From positions 90,584 to 154,583 of the forward strand of contig JAQURX010000001.1 in NCBI GenBank assembly GCA_028715415.1: a stretch of DNA of 64,000 nt, given 5' to 3'. The stretch is from Candidatus Omnitrophota bacterium. Lineage in GTDB: Bacteria; Omnitrophota; Gorgyraeia; Gygaellales; Profunditerraquicolaceae. A model generated the notes under the pieces. That model made no database searches and was not told where the DNA came from. It was given only the letters and a program-made list of their open reading frames with translations. Positions 20,534-29,900 of this stretch are shown here, piece by piece (the stretch's first letter is position 1; the number at the start of each line of letters is the position of its first letter). The translations under genes were made by a program, and so were the position numbers.

Positions 20534-21411
20534 AAAATATGTATAAAATAATCAAAGATAAAAAATATGGCTATGCTAGAATTAGCCCACTTCCTTCGGA
20601 AAAAGAAGTGGAGGAATATTATAAAAAAGAATTTTATGCGAAATACGGATCTTTCAATGATTCAGAACTTAAGGTCCAGAAGGAAGAGAAGAAATTCTTT
20701 GATAGCAGGTGGGAAGATATAAAGAGAAGATGCATAGATTATTTTGGTTCGATAAAAGGCAGGTCTTTATTTGATGTAGGGTGCGGTTACTCACAGGCGC
20801 TTTTATATTTTAAAAAGAATGGGTTAGCGGTGAGTGGGCTCGAGCCTTCTACTGAAGGTGCTACATATGCAAAAAAGATAGGGTTAGATGTTTATCAATC
20901 GCGTATAGAAGATTTTTCTTGTATTTATGGGAAGCGTTTCGATATAGTCTTAATGATTAATGTTTTGGAGCATTTACGAAACGCGGCAGAGATATTGATA
21001 CAGTTGAGAAAAGATGTTTTGAAAAAGAAAGGTATTTTGGTCATAGATGTTGCGAATGAGTATAATGATTTCCAGGTTGTAGCCGATAAGGAATATAAGC
21101 TAAAGAGCTGGTGGTTTTGCCCGCCAAATCACATTAATTATTTTAGTCATAGTTCATTATGTAAGACTCTAGAACTATGTGGTTATAAGGTAGTTGTATC
21201 CGAGGCAAGTTTTCCTATAGAATTATTCCTTTTATTGGGGGATATATATGTTGGAAATCCTACTTTGGGTAAAATTTGTCATGAAAAACGCGTCAGATTC
21301 GAATACTTGATGAAAAAGCATGGTAAAGGCAGGAAATTACAGGTTTTTTATGAAGCTTTAGCTAAGCTTGATTTGGGTAGGCAGATTGTTGTTTATGCAA
21401 CACCTCGATAA
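20530..21411 (+). CDS. Class I SAM-dependent methyltransferase
   Basis: LFDVGCGYSQALLYF (motif I), DIVLMINVLEHL. Confidence 0.7.
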   Translation: MKNMYKIIKDKKYGYARISPLPSEKEVEEYYKKEFYAKYGSFNDSELKVQKEEKKFFDSRWEDIKRRCIDYFGSIKGRSLFDVGCGYSQALLYFKKNGLAVSGLEPSTEGATYAKKIGLDVYQSRIEDFSCIYGKRFDIVLMINVLEHLRNAAEILIQLRKDVLKKKGILVIDVANEYNDFQVVADKEYKLKSWWFCPPNHINYFSHSSLCKTLELCGYKVVVSEASFPIELFLLLGDIYVGNPTLGKICHEKRVRFEYLMKKHGKGRKLQVFYEALAKLDLGRQIVVYATPR

Positions 21412-21435
21412 TATAAAAATAAAAAGGAGAGTATT

Positions 21436-22503
21436 TTGGAATTCACAGCACTTAACCGTTATTACAAAATCAAGAACGGAAACATTCTTCCGTTTTCAGA
21501 ACTGCGTAAATTGCGGCCTTTATTGGTTGGGCAGGATCTAAAAATTGTTAATGATAAGGAAAATATTGCTTATGCTGAGCAACTGGCAAAAAGAGGCATG
21601 GAGGTTGTTCCCATAAGAAAGAATCCTATATTTCCGGGTTTTCTGAAGCGCGAAGATTTCCCGCGAAGGGTTATAATGGAAATGACCAGTAGATGTAATT
21701 TTTTATGCAGGATGTGTCCGCAACAGAATTTAAAACGTCCACGAATGGACATGCCCGGTGAGAAATATAGAAGAATTATTGATGAGATTGATGTGTATGG
21801 TATTGAGGGTTTGTGGCTTTATCATCTTGGTGAAGCTTTGTTGCATCCGGAGTTTTGTGAAAACATAAAACATATAAATAAGAAAAATAATTTAGGCGTC
21901 ATATGGATGAGTACAAACGGCCGTAATTTTACTGAAGAGTATATAAAACTAGTTTTAGATTCAAATATAGATTTTATAAATTATTCAGCTCATGCGGTTA
22001 CAGAAAGAACCTATAATACGGTTGCGCCTGAAGGAAATTTTAGTTTTGTCCAAGATAATTTGGAGAATTTATATCGATTAAAAGGTTTATCTAAAGAACC
22101 TAAAAAGCCATTCTTGCATGTTCAGATGATTGAACAGGAGACTACTAAGCATGAAGTAGATGATTTTATAAAAAAACATTATTTACGGGCAGAAATCGTA
22201 AGTGTAAACATGTTGGAGTATGCAAATATGCCTAATAATGTTTTTGGGGCTCAGCAAAGGAATCGAGCTCCTCTTTCTTCGTGCGTGAGGGTTTCGCGTA
22301 ATGATTGTTTTGTTTTTTCGAATGGGGAAGTAACATTATGTGATTTTGCATATAATGGCGAACTTAGCTTAGGGAATATTAATGAAGAAACGCTATATCA
22401 AATCTGGAATGGTGATAGGCGGAAATTTATTCTTAATTTAAACGAGAAGAAGAAAATGAGTAACTTTGAATTTTGCAGCCGATGTACCGATTACGACATT
22501 TAA
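21436..22503 (+). CDS. Radical SAM enzyme with C-terminal auxiliary Cys cluster (SPASM/twitch-like)
   Basis: MEMTSRCNFLCRMCP (CxxxCxxC); C-terminal Cys residues (SSCVRVSRNDC, LCDF, CSRCTDY); strong RBS AAAGGAGAG upstream; non-ATG start in the track. Confidence 0.7.
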   Translation: MEFTALNRYYKIKNGNILPFSELRKLRPLLVGQDLKIVNDKENIAYAEQLAKRGMEVVPIRKNPIFPGFLKREDFPRRVIMEMTSRCNFLCRMCPQQNLKRPRMDMPGEKYRRIIDEIDVYGIEGLWLYHLGEALLHPEFCENIKHINKKNNLGVIWMSTNGRNFTEEYIKLVLDSNIDFINYSAHAVTERTYNTVAPEGNFSFVQDNLENLYRLKGLSKEPKKPFLHVQMIEQETTKHEVDDFIKKHYLRAEIVSVNMLEYANMPNNVFGAQQRNRAPLSSCVRVSRNDCFVFSNGEVTLCDFAYNGELSLGNINEETLYQIWNGDRRKFILNLNEKKKMSNFEFCSRCTDYDI

Positions 22504-22521
22504 TACTGAAATTATTTTAGA

Positions 22522-23580
22522 ATGAAAAGAATATTGATAAGGGTTGATGCTGATGAATATATTGGGATGGGGCATTTTATGCGTTCTTTAGCTCTTGCGC
22601 AGGAATGTAAGAGAGTTGGGTATCAGCCGGTATTTGTTATGTCTAAGAAGTGTACGCAAGCAGAGCTGATTCTTGAGGATGAGGGCATGCGGATTAAATA
22701 TCTTAATGCTGGCATAGGTTCTGTCAATGATGCAAGAAAGGTAGTTTGTCTTGCCGAGGCATTAAGTGCTGGATGGATAGTGCTTGACGGGTATTGCTTT
22801 GGAGCAGAATATCAGAAAACATTAAAAAAAGCAGGTTTGTATCTATTATGTATAGATGATTATGGGCATGCTTCTAATTATTATGCGGATATCATAGTTA
22901 ACCAGAATTTGACAGCTTCAGAGAAATTTTATTGTAAGCGCAAACCATATTCAAAATTACTTCTAGGCACTCGTTACGTACTTTTGCGGAGTGATTTCTT
23001 ATCTTGGAAAAGCCATAAGCGCGTCATCCGTACAACTGCGAACCGGTTACTGGTAACTATGGGTGGAAGTGATCCTAGGAATTCTACAACTAAAGTTATT
23101 AAAGCACTTTTGAGGCTAAAAACCTCTATGCTTAAGGTAAAAGTGGTTGTTGGTGCTTTAAATCCGAACTATGACAAGCTTAGTAGATTAGCAGTCAACA
23201 AAATTATGCCATTAGAAATTATTAGAGATTCTCGTAATATGCCACAACTTATGGCTTGGGCTGATATTGCTATTTCAGCCGCAGGGAGTACTTGTTGGGA
23301 GCTAGCGTTTATGAAATTACCAGCGGTAGTTATTGTTACAGCTGGGAATCAGAAAAAGAATGCTGAGAAGTTAGGTTATGAGGATGTCGCAATAAATCTT
23401 GGTGAAGAATATAAGGTGGCGATAGGCGATATTAGCAGTTCTGTTGAAGCTCTTATGAATAGTTATTCAAGAAGAAAGAAGATGCTTATGAAAGGAAGAA
23501 GTTTGGTAGGTGGCGATGGTGCTAAAAAAGTTGTAAAAGAAATGCTTAGTTTGGTAATTAAAACAACGTTAATGGTATGA
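22522..23580 (+). CDS. pseG: UDP-2,4-diacetamido-2,4,6-trideoxy-beta-L-altropyranose hydrolase, PseG-like
   Basis: ILIRVDADEYIGMGHFMRSLALAQE N-terminus and a GT28-C-like C-terminal half, typical of PseG. Confidence 0.65.
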   Translation: MKRILIRVDADEYIGMGHFMRSLALAQECKRVGYQPVFVMSKKCTQAELILEDEGMRIKYLNAGIGSVNDARKVVCLAEALSAGWIVLDGYCFGAEYQKTLKKAGLYLLCIDDYGHASNYYADIIVNQNLTASEKFYCKRKPYSKLLLGTRYVLLRSDFLSWKSHKRVIRTTANRLLVTMGGSDPRNSTTKVIKALLRLKTSMLKVKVVVGALNPNYDKLSRLAVNKIMPLEIIRDSRNMPQLMAWADIAISAAGSTCWELAFMKLPAVVIVTAGNQKKNAEKLGYEDVAINLGEEYKVAIGDISSSVEALMNSYSRRKKMLMKGRSLVGGDGAKKVVKEMLSLVIKTTLMV

Positions 23581-24482
23581 AGAAAAAGAGATATAGGTGT
23601 ATTTTTCTTGGTTATCTTTGGAAATTAGCTAGGGTAATCCATAATTCTAATTTTGTAGATCTTTTGGCTGTTGGTATAGAGCCTCAACGTAAGGCAAGCT
23701 CTGATGCGATTAGTTATTGTAATCGTTATGGTTTGCCATGGTTTGATGCCAGGAATATCCGGGAGAATACACAATTCAGGCAGTATTTGTTGAGCGGGGT
23801 TGATTTTATTGTAGTTGGTGCATTCGGGCAAATTCTCGATCGCAATATTTTAGAATCTCCAAGGTACGGAGTATTGAATATTCACCCTTCGTTATTGCCT
23901 GCTTATCGCGGAGGATCTCCTATTGAGCAGCAGATTATTGCTGGCGAACGTAAGGGAGGGGTGACTTTGCATTGGCTGGCGGAGGAAATTGATGCTGGCC
24001 CGATAGTTACGGCCAAAGAGGTAATTATTAGGCAGAATGATGATTATCAAATGGTCTTAGACCGTTCGATAAAAGCTGCAGAGAAATTAATGCGTAGTCT
24101 TTTAGGCAAACCGATTGAATCTTGGCCTAGAGTTAAGTATCAAGTTAGTAAACCGCTTCAGGCTCTTCGTACTTCTGATGATTGTGTTATTGATTGGAGT
24201 CAGGATGCCGTCAGTATAAATCGCCTTGTGCTTGCAGAAGGTTGGAAAGGTTGTGTTCGGACAGAGCTTAAGGGTGGAAATTTAGTAATTTTTAAGGCGA
24301 AAGCAGAAAATCCTTTGGGATTAAAGAAGGTTAGCCCTGGTACTGTGCTTGAGGTGGTGCCAAGTCCTTTAATAGCAACTGGTAAGGGAACTTTAAGACT
24401 TCTTAAGTGGGATGTTGCTTTGGGTATAAGAAGGGGGCAGGTATTGCCTTCGAGTATGAAAAAAATTAAGGGATCTGTTTAA
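23577..24482 (+). CDS. Formyltransferase (Fmt/ArnA-N-like), probable sugar N-formyltransferase
   Basis: NIHPSLLPAYRGGSPIEQQIIAGE plus GVTLHWLAEEIDAGPIV is the Formyl_trans_N signature. Confidence 0.75.
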   Translation: MKKKRYRCIFLGYLWKLARVIHNSNFVDLLAVGIEPQRKASSDAISYCNRYGLPWFDARNIRENTQFRQYLLSGVDFIVVGAFGQILDRNILESPRYGVLNIHPSLLPAYRGGSPIEQQIIAGERKGGVTLHWLAEEIDAGPIVTAKEVIIRQNDDYQMVLDRSIKAAEKLMRSLLGKPIESWPRVKYQVSKPLQALRTSDDCVIDWSQDAVSINRLVLAEGWKGCVRTELKGGNLVIFKAKAENPLGLKKVSPGTVLEVVPSPLIATGKGTLRLLKWDVALGIRRGQVLPSSMKKIKGSV

Positions 24483-25252
24483 TGAACATTGCAATGATGC
24501 AGCCTTCTTTTATCCCGTGGCAAGGCTATTTTGAATTAATCTATAAATCCGATATCTTTGTGTTTCTCGATGATTTTCAATTCTCCGTACAGAGTTATCA
24601 TCAGAGGAATAGATTGTTTTTGACTAAAGATAAGATAGGTTGGTATACGGTTCCTGTAAAAAAGAAAGTTTCATTTAAGTCGCCTTTAAACAAAACTGTT
24701 ATTGATGATAGTCCGTATTGGCGCGATAAAATCTTAAAACGTCTTCAGAACAACTATTCTGCTGCCGAACATTATGGTGAATTCTACCCGCAAATAGAAA
24801 GATGGCTACATTCAGAATTTACTTCACTTGGAGATATGAATATAGCTTTTATTAAGTTTATTTGCGATATTATTGGATTTAAGCGCGATTTTCGTTTTAG
24901 TTCAGATTATCCATCAGAATTTGAACGATCAAGTCGTGTTTTGCAGCTACTAAGAGAATTCAAGGCTACTACTTATTTTAGCGCTCAAGGATCATTTGTT
25001 TACATGAGAGAAGATAATGTATTCCCTGTTAAAGATATCAAATTATTATTCCAGAATTTTAAACCTTCCTCTTATAAACAAATTTGTTCAACGGATTGTT
25101 TTTTCCCTTCTCTATCGGTACTGGATGCTCTTTTTAACATTGGTCCTAAGAAGATGCGGAAATATATTGAATCTGGGACTGATAAATGGCTGTCTTGGGA
25201 AGATATGGTTGCGTTGAACGCCGTTAACTACTACAAACCTTCTGAAAAATAA
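24482..25252 (+). CDS. WbqC-like family protein
   Basis: Starts MNIAMMQPSFIPWQGYFELI, the characteristic WbqC-like N-terminus; overlaps the previous stop by 1 nt (TAATG). Confidence 0.55.
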   Translation: MNIAMMQPSFIPWQGYFELIYKSDIFVFLDDFQFSVQSYHQRNRLFLTKDKIGWYTVPVKKKVSFKSPLNKTVIDDSPYWRDKILKRLQNNYSAAEHYGEFYPQIERWLHSEFTSLGDMNIAFIKFICDIIGFKRDFRFSSDYPSEFERSSRVLQLLREFKATTYFSAQGSFVYMREDNVFPVKDIKLLFQNFKPSSYKQICSTDCFFPSLSVLDALFNIGPKKMRKYIESGTDKWLSWEDMVALNAVNYYKPSEK

Positions 25253-25287
25253 AGTAGTTTATTTCTTTTTGATAGGAGCAAAACGTT

Positions 25288-26304
25288 ATGAAAAAACAAT
25301 CGGTATTTATAGTTGCAGAAATATCGGCTAATCATGGACAGAATTTTAAAAGAGCTGTTGCTTTAATAAAGAAAGCAAAAGAATGTGGAGCCGATGCAGT
25401 AAAATTCCAGACGTATACACCAGATACTATTACTATAGATGTGGATAATAAATATTTTAGCATACAGTATCCTCGTTTGGGAAAACAGAGCCTTTATCAA
25501 TTGTATAGCAAGGCTTACACGCCTTGGTCTTGGTTTAAAAAGCTTAAAAAAATAGCTGATGATATGGGGATCGTATTTTTTTCTACAGCTTTTGATAAGA
25601 CGTCAGTAGATTTTCTGGAAGAGCTTCAGGTTCCAATGCATAAAATTGCTTCTTTTGAATTGGTAGACTTGCCATTAATTGAATATGCTGCACAGAAGAA
25701 GAAGCCAATTATAATTTCTACCGGAATGGGAACAATTAAAGAAATTAAAGAAGCGGTTATTGTCGCGCAGAAAGCAGGCAATAAGAATATAGTATTATTA
25801 AAATGTGTTAGTGCTTACCCTGCTCATCCGGAAGAGATGAATTTGAAAACTATCCCCGATATGAAGAAAATGTTCAATTTGCCGGTAGGCCTTTCTGATC
25901 ATTCATTGGATGCGGCGGTGCCGGTTTCTGCAGTTTCTTTGGGGGCGGTTTTTATTGAGAAGCATTTCACTCTATCTCGTTCAATAAAGACTCCAGATTC
26001 TTTTTTTTCAACCGAACCTTCTGAATTTAAGGAGATTGTTAAAAACATTCGGATAGTTGAAAAGGCAATTGGAAAAGTGCATTACGGGGTCACAAAGGAA
26101 GATTTTGATAATCATGTTTTCCGTAGATCTTTATTCGCGGTTGAGCCTATCAAAAAAGGAGAAATATTTTCAGAAATTAATTTAAGATCTATACGTCCGG
26201 CCTATGGATTGGCACCGAAATATTTAAAAGAAATATTAGGAAAAAGATCAAGGTTAAATATAAAAAAAGGAACTCCTTTGACTTGGGGGATGGTTGATGA
26301 ATAG
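25288..26304 (+). CDS. pseI: Nonulosonic acid synthase (NeuB family; PseI-like pseudaminic acid synthase)
   Basis: FIVAEISANHGQNFKRA...GADAVKFQTY is a NeuB N-terminus; the C-terminal SAF-like domain has RSIRPAYGL. Confidence 0.8.
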   Translation: MKKQSVFIVAEISANHGQNFKRAVALIKKAKECGADAVKFQTYTPDTITIDVDNKYFSIQYPRLGKQSLYQLYSKAYTPWSWFKKLKKIADDMGIVFFSTAFDKTSVDFLEELQVPMHKIASFELVDLPLIEYAAQKKKPIIISTGMGTIKEIKEAVIVAQKAGNKNIVLLKCVSAYPAHPEEMNLKTIPDMKKMFNLPVGLSDHSLDAAVPVSAVSLGAVFIEKHFTLSRSIKTPDSFFSTEPSEFKEIVKNIRIVEKAIGKVHYGVTKEDFDNHVFRRSLFAVEPIKKGEIFSEINLRSIRPAYGLAPKYLKEILGKRSRLNIKKGTPLTWGMVDE

Positions 26305-27631
26305 TTCGATGTGGAGCAAGGCTGTGAAGGGTGCTCCGGTTTCTTTAATAATTGAAATATTCAAACACAGGCTTTTTAGGGGTGGAGTTACGTATTTTTT
26401 TGCAACTATAATTGGGTCTGCCATTCCAATGCTTCTTCTCCCTGTCCTGACAAGATATCTGACTCCTATGGAATATGGTACGCTTGCAATATTCCAGGTT
26501 ATTGTATCTCTATTGGTAATACTAATAGGTATAGATACACATGCTGCTGTAGGGGTTGTTTATTTTCAAAAGAGCGGGAATGAAATAAGATCATATATTG
26601 GTAATATCCTTTTAGTTATTGTTGCTTGTTTTGTTATGTTTTTATTTATCGCGGTATTCTTCCATAGACATATCGCGCAAACCTTAAATATTCCTCCTTA
26701 CTTAATATTTATTTCTTTATTTGTGGCTTTTTTTACTGCAATCACAAACGTCGGATTAATGATGTGGCAGGTTACCCATAATTCAAAGTTCTATGCTTTG
26801 TATCAAGTTTCGATGAGTTTATTCAACGCACTTTCTTCAATATTACTTGTTGTTATTTTTCATATGGGATTAAAGGGTCGGATATTTGGAATATCCTCAG
26901 CTGCTATTGTTTTTGGCTTTATTAGTATGTATATATTATTTCGTAACTTTAGGATGAATTTTAAGATAAAAAAAGAGTTTATCAAAGATATATTTATTTT
27001 TTCGCTTCCACTTGTGCCTCACGAAATATCAGGTTGGATAATGTCAGGCACAGACAAGATTTTCCTGAATAATTTTGTTGGTTTAAAAATGACAGGTATA
27101 TATTCTGTAGGTTATCAGATTGGAATGATTCTTGGTCTTGTAACTGCCGCTTTTAATCGAGCATGGGGGCCATATCTTTTTCAGGCGCTTTCTACTATAA
27201 CTTACAGCAAAAAGATTAAAATAGTAAAGGTTACTTATTTATATTTTATTGTTATTTTGTTGCTAGCGTTTTTGTTAAGCATGGTTTCTCCAATCATAAT
27301 TCAAATCCTAGTGAATAAAAATTTTCAAGCTTCAAATGAATTTGTAATTTGGATTGCGCTTGGGGCCGCTGCAATGGGGATGTATTATATGGTTGTTAAT
27401 TATTTATTTTTTGTTAAGAAGACGCATATCCTAGCGCTAGCTACATTTATTTCAGCGCTTGTTAATATAGGATTAAATTATTCTTTGATTAAAATGTATG
27501 GTGCTATGGGTGCCGCAAAAGCAAATGCGATTTCTTCATTCTTTACTTTTTTTCTAGTGTGGTTATTAAGTGCAAAGTATTATCCAATGCCTTGGTTTTC
27601 TTGGAGCAAAATAAAGTCAATTGGAGCATAA
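26294..27631 (+). CDS. Wzx-like oligosaccharide flippase (polysaccharide biosynthesis protein family)
   Basis: About 12 predicted TM helices; length and position (right after the nonulosonate synthase) are typical of Wzx. Confidence 0.6.
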   Translation: MMNSSMWSKAVKGAPVSLIIEIFKHRLFRGGVTYFFATIIGSAIPMLLLPVLTRYLTPMEYGTLAIFQVIVSLLVILIGIDTHAAVGVVYFQKSGNEIRSYIGNILLVIVACFVMFLFIAVFFHRHIAQTLNIPPYLIFISLFVAFFTAITNVGLMMWQVTHNSKFYALYQVSMSLFNALSSILLVVIFHMGLKGRIFGISSAAIVFGFISMYILFRNFRMNFKIKKEFIKDIFIFSLPLVPHEISGWIMSGTDKIFLNNFVGLKMTGIYSVGYQIGMILGLVTAAFNRAWGPYLFQALSTITYSKKIKIVKVTYLYFIVILLLAFLLSMVSPIIIQILVNKNFQASNEFVIWIALGAAAMGMYYMVVNYLFFVKKTHILALATFISALVNIGLNYSLIKMYGAMGAAKANAISSFFTFFLVWLLSAKYYPMPWFSWSKIKSIGA

Positions 27632-29057
27632 ATTGGATAGAGTGTTGAGTTTGAAAGAATTAATGGCCATAGAAATAGATTTGGAAGTCCTAGACTTTCG
27701 GTTTAAATATAGAGATACGCTTATGTGGCCATTTATAAGGAATGCCTTGTTTCTAAAAGCAATATATGAAATGTTTGGGCTTGCCAACTCTAATGAGTTT
27801 AGTAATAAAGCTTATCGCTTAATCCCTTCGTACTTGTTTTTTACTTTAAATAGCAACCCCTTTACCAAGAATTTAAACGGAAAAAATGATATATTGTTCT
27901 TTAGTTCAGGTGTGGTAAATGTAAAGCACGGTCATAAATATATAAATAGATTATACGATCATTTTGCTTTGGAATATCCTAGAAAAAGCTTAATAATTGA
28001 AGATTCTTTTCGTATGCAATACTTTAGGCCTAGGTTTTTCCCAAATGTTAAAAGTCTCGACTATATCTCGATTGCCTCTTTAATAAAATCACGTCTTAAG
28101 AAAACTGTTAATACTGACAAAGAAAATATTGATAGGTTTATAAATCTTATAAAAAGCAGGTTTCTATATAAGTTCAAAAATGATGTTTGGAAAGGTTTGA
28201 CTTTGGTTTTGGAGAAAATATCTGTTAAGCTTCCTTTTCTCTATGAGTATTATTCTAGATTGTTTGAGATAATAGAACCTAAAATCATGTTTTTAGAAGA
28301 TGGGAGTTATGGTTCTATGTCGTATGTTTTAAAATGGGCGGTTGAAAAGGGTATTGTTACGGGAGAGTTTCAGCATGGGATAACCTCGTTAAATCATCCC
28401 GCATATAACTATAGCCAGGAGATATTAGGGTCTGCATACAAAGATTACTTGCCGCAGTATTATTTAACTTTTGGTAAATACTGGAGTTCGGCTATAAATA
28501 CTTCTTCTAAAGATGTCATAATAGGCAATCCTTATATTATTGAGTATGTTAAGAGCTTGACAGAAAAAAGCAAGATTAATACTAAGAGGCGTATATTGTT
28601 TATTTCCGGAGGAACTGTTTATTCCTTTATAAAGAAATTAGCAGTAGGATTGAGAAAAACTTTGCCTGTGTCCGAATTTGATATTGCGATACGCCCATAC
28701 CCGGGAGAGATTGGTTTAGTTAAAGAGAGGTATGGGAATTTAGAACAAGATAATATTTCTCTAGATTTTGGCAATTTGTATGATTCTTTATCTTCTTATG
28801 ATATTATAGTTGGGGTAGAATTCTCAACTGTGCTTTTTGAAGCGATGTTATTTAAGAAAAAAATATTTGTTTTTGATGGACCTCTATTCTTTTATAATAC
28901 AAAAGATCCGATATTTAATACTTTTAAAGATGCCCAGGAATTAAGTATTAAGATTTTTGATAGAGTTGATAATTCTTATGATGTTAATTATTATTGGGAC
29001 CCGAGCCCTTGTTTGAATTATCGTAATTTTATAAATACCACAATTGGGAAGTTCTAA
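27621..29057 (+). CDS. Hypothetical protein (candidate glycosyl or nonulosonate transferase)
   Basis: 478-aa soluble protein with no recognisable motif; sits between the flippase and the amidinotransferase genes. Confidence 0.4.
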   Translation: MEHKLDRVLSLKELMAIEIDLEVLDFRFKYRDTLMWPFIRNALFLKAIYEMFGLANSNEFSNKAYRLIPSYLFFTLNSNPFTKNLNGKNDILFFSSGVVNVKHGHKYINRLYDHFALEYPRKSLIIEDSFRMQYFRPRFFPNVKSLDYISIASLIKSRLKKTVNTDKENIDRFINLIKSRFLYKFKNDVWKGLTLVLEKISVKLPFLYEYYSRLFEIIEPKIMFLEDGSYGSMSYVLKWAVEKGIVTGEFQHGITSLNHPAYNYSQEILGSAYKDYLPQYYLTFGKYWSSAINTSSKDVIIGNPYIIEYVKSLTEKSKINTKRRILFISGGTVYSFIKKLAVGLRKTLPVSEFDIAIRPYPGEIGLVKERYGNLEQDNISLDFGNLYDSLSSYDIIVGVEFSTVLFEAMLFKKKIFVFDGPLFFYNTKDPIFNTFKDAQELSIKIFDRVDNSYDVNYYWDPSPCLNYRNFINTTIGKF

Positions 29058-29070
29058 GATAATTTACTCT

Positions 29071-29085
29071 TGCTAAATTTTAGCA
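29071..29085. promoter_or_regulatory. Inverted repeat TGCTAAA-T-TTTAGCA (candidate operator)
   Basis: 7-bp perfect arms with a 1-nt centre, in the 86-bp gap upstream of the hisF-like gene. Confidence 0.35.
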
Positions 29086-29143
29086 TCGTAAAGGTGGATA
29101 ATTTGTTAATATTGTTAGTGGAAATATTTAATTTAACCTAAGA

Positions 29144-29899
29144 ATGAATACGAGAGTAATACCTTGTTTATTAATCAAGAATAGGTCTTTGGTAAAAACA
29201 GAGAAGTTCAAGAATGCTGTTTATATTGGAGATCCTATAAACGCAGTGAAAATATTTAATGAAAAAGAAGTTGATGAATTAGTTTTTTTGGATATATCTG
29301 CAAGTATTGAAAAGAGAGGTATTGATTTTGGTTTAATTGAGGATATCGCAAGTGAGTGCTTTATGCCTTTTTCTTATGGGGGAGGAATAAAAAGCATTGA
29401 AGATATCAAGCGCTTAATTAATCTCGGTGTAGAGAAAATTATTCTTAACAGTATAGCAGTTGCAAATATAAAATTTGTTGAAGAGGCCGCGCAACTTTTT
29501 GGAAGTCAGAGCATAATAGTTTCTATCGACGCAAAAAGAGATATGTTTGGAAGGTGTTGTGTATATACTCATGGTGGGCGAGTAAAGACTAAGCTTCATC
29601 CCGTTGGTTTTGCTTTAGAGATAGAGAAAAGCGGGGCTGGAGAAATACTGCTTACTTCGATAGATATGGAAGGTACTTTGAACGGGTATGATTTAGAGCT
29701 TATTAAGGAGGTGTCTGGTGCTGTAACGATTCCTGTTATAGCTAATGGAGGCGCTGGACAATTGGGGCATTTTCAACAAGCTGTACAAAAAGGAGCGTCT
29801 GCTGTTGCAGCAGGAAGTATGTTTGTATTCCACGGTAAATATAAAGCTGTACTTATAAGTTATCCTCATATAAATGAGGTAAGAAAATTGATGGGGTAA
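29144..29899 (+). CDS. Imidazole glycerol phosphate synthase cyclase subunit-like (HisF-like, WbuZ-type)
   Basis: RVIPCLLIKNRSLVKTEKFKN...GDPINAVK...VDELVFLDISAS matches the HisF TIM-barrel N-terminus. Confidence 0.75.
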   Translation: MNTRVIPCLLIKNRSLVKTEKFKNAVYIGDPINAVKIFNEKEVDELVFLDISASIEKRGIDFGLIEDIASECFMPFSYGGGIKSIEDIKRLINLGVEKIILNSIAVANIKFVEEAAQLFGSQSIIVSIDAKRDMFGRCCVYTHGGRVKTKLHPVGFALEIEKSGAGEILLTSIDMEGTLNGYDLELIKEVSGAVTIPVIANGGAGQLGHFQQAVQKGASAVAAGSMFVFHGKYKAVLISYPHINEVRKLMG

Positions 29900-29900
29900 T

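Noticed and set aside
21435-21438. One-nucleotide discrepancy between my hand count of the start codon (TTG at about 21435) and the track start 21436.
   Set aside because: I could not resolve it without tools and kept the track coordinate. It is only a reminder that my hand-derived coordinates carry about ±1 nt uncertainty.
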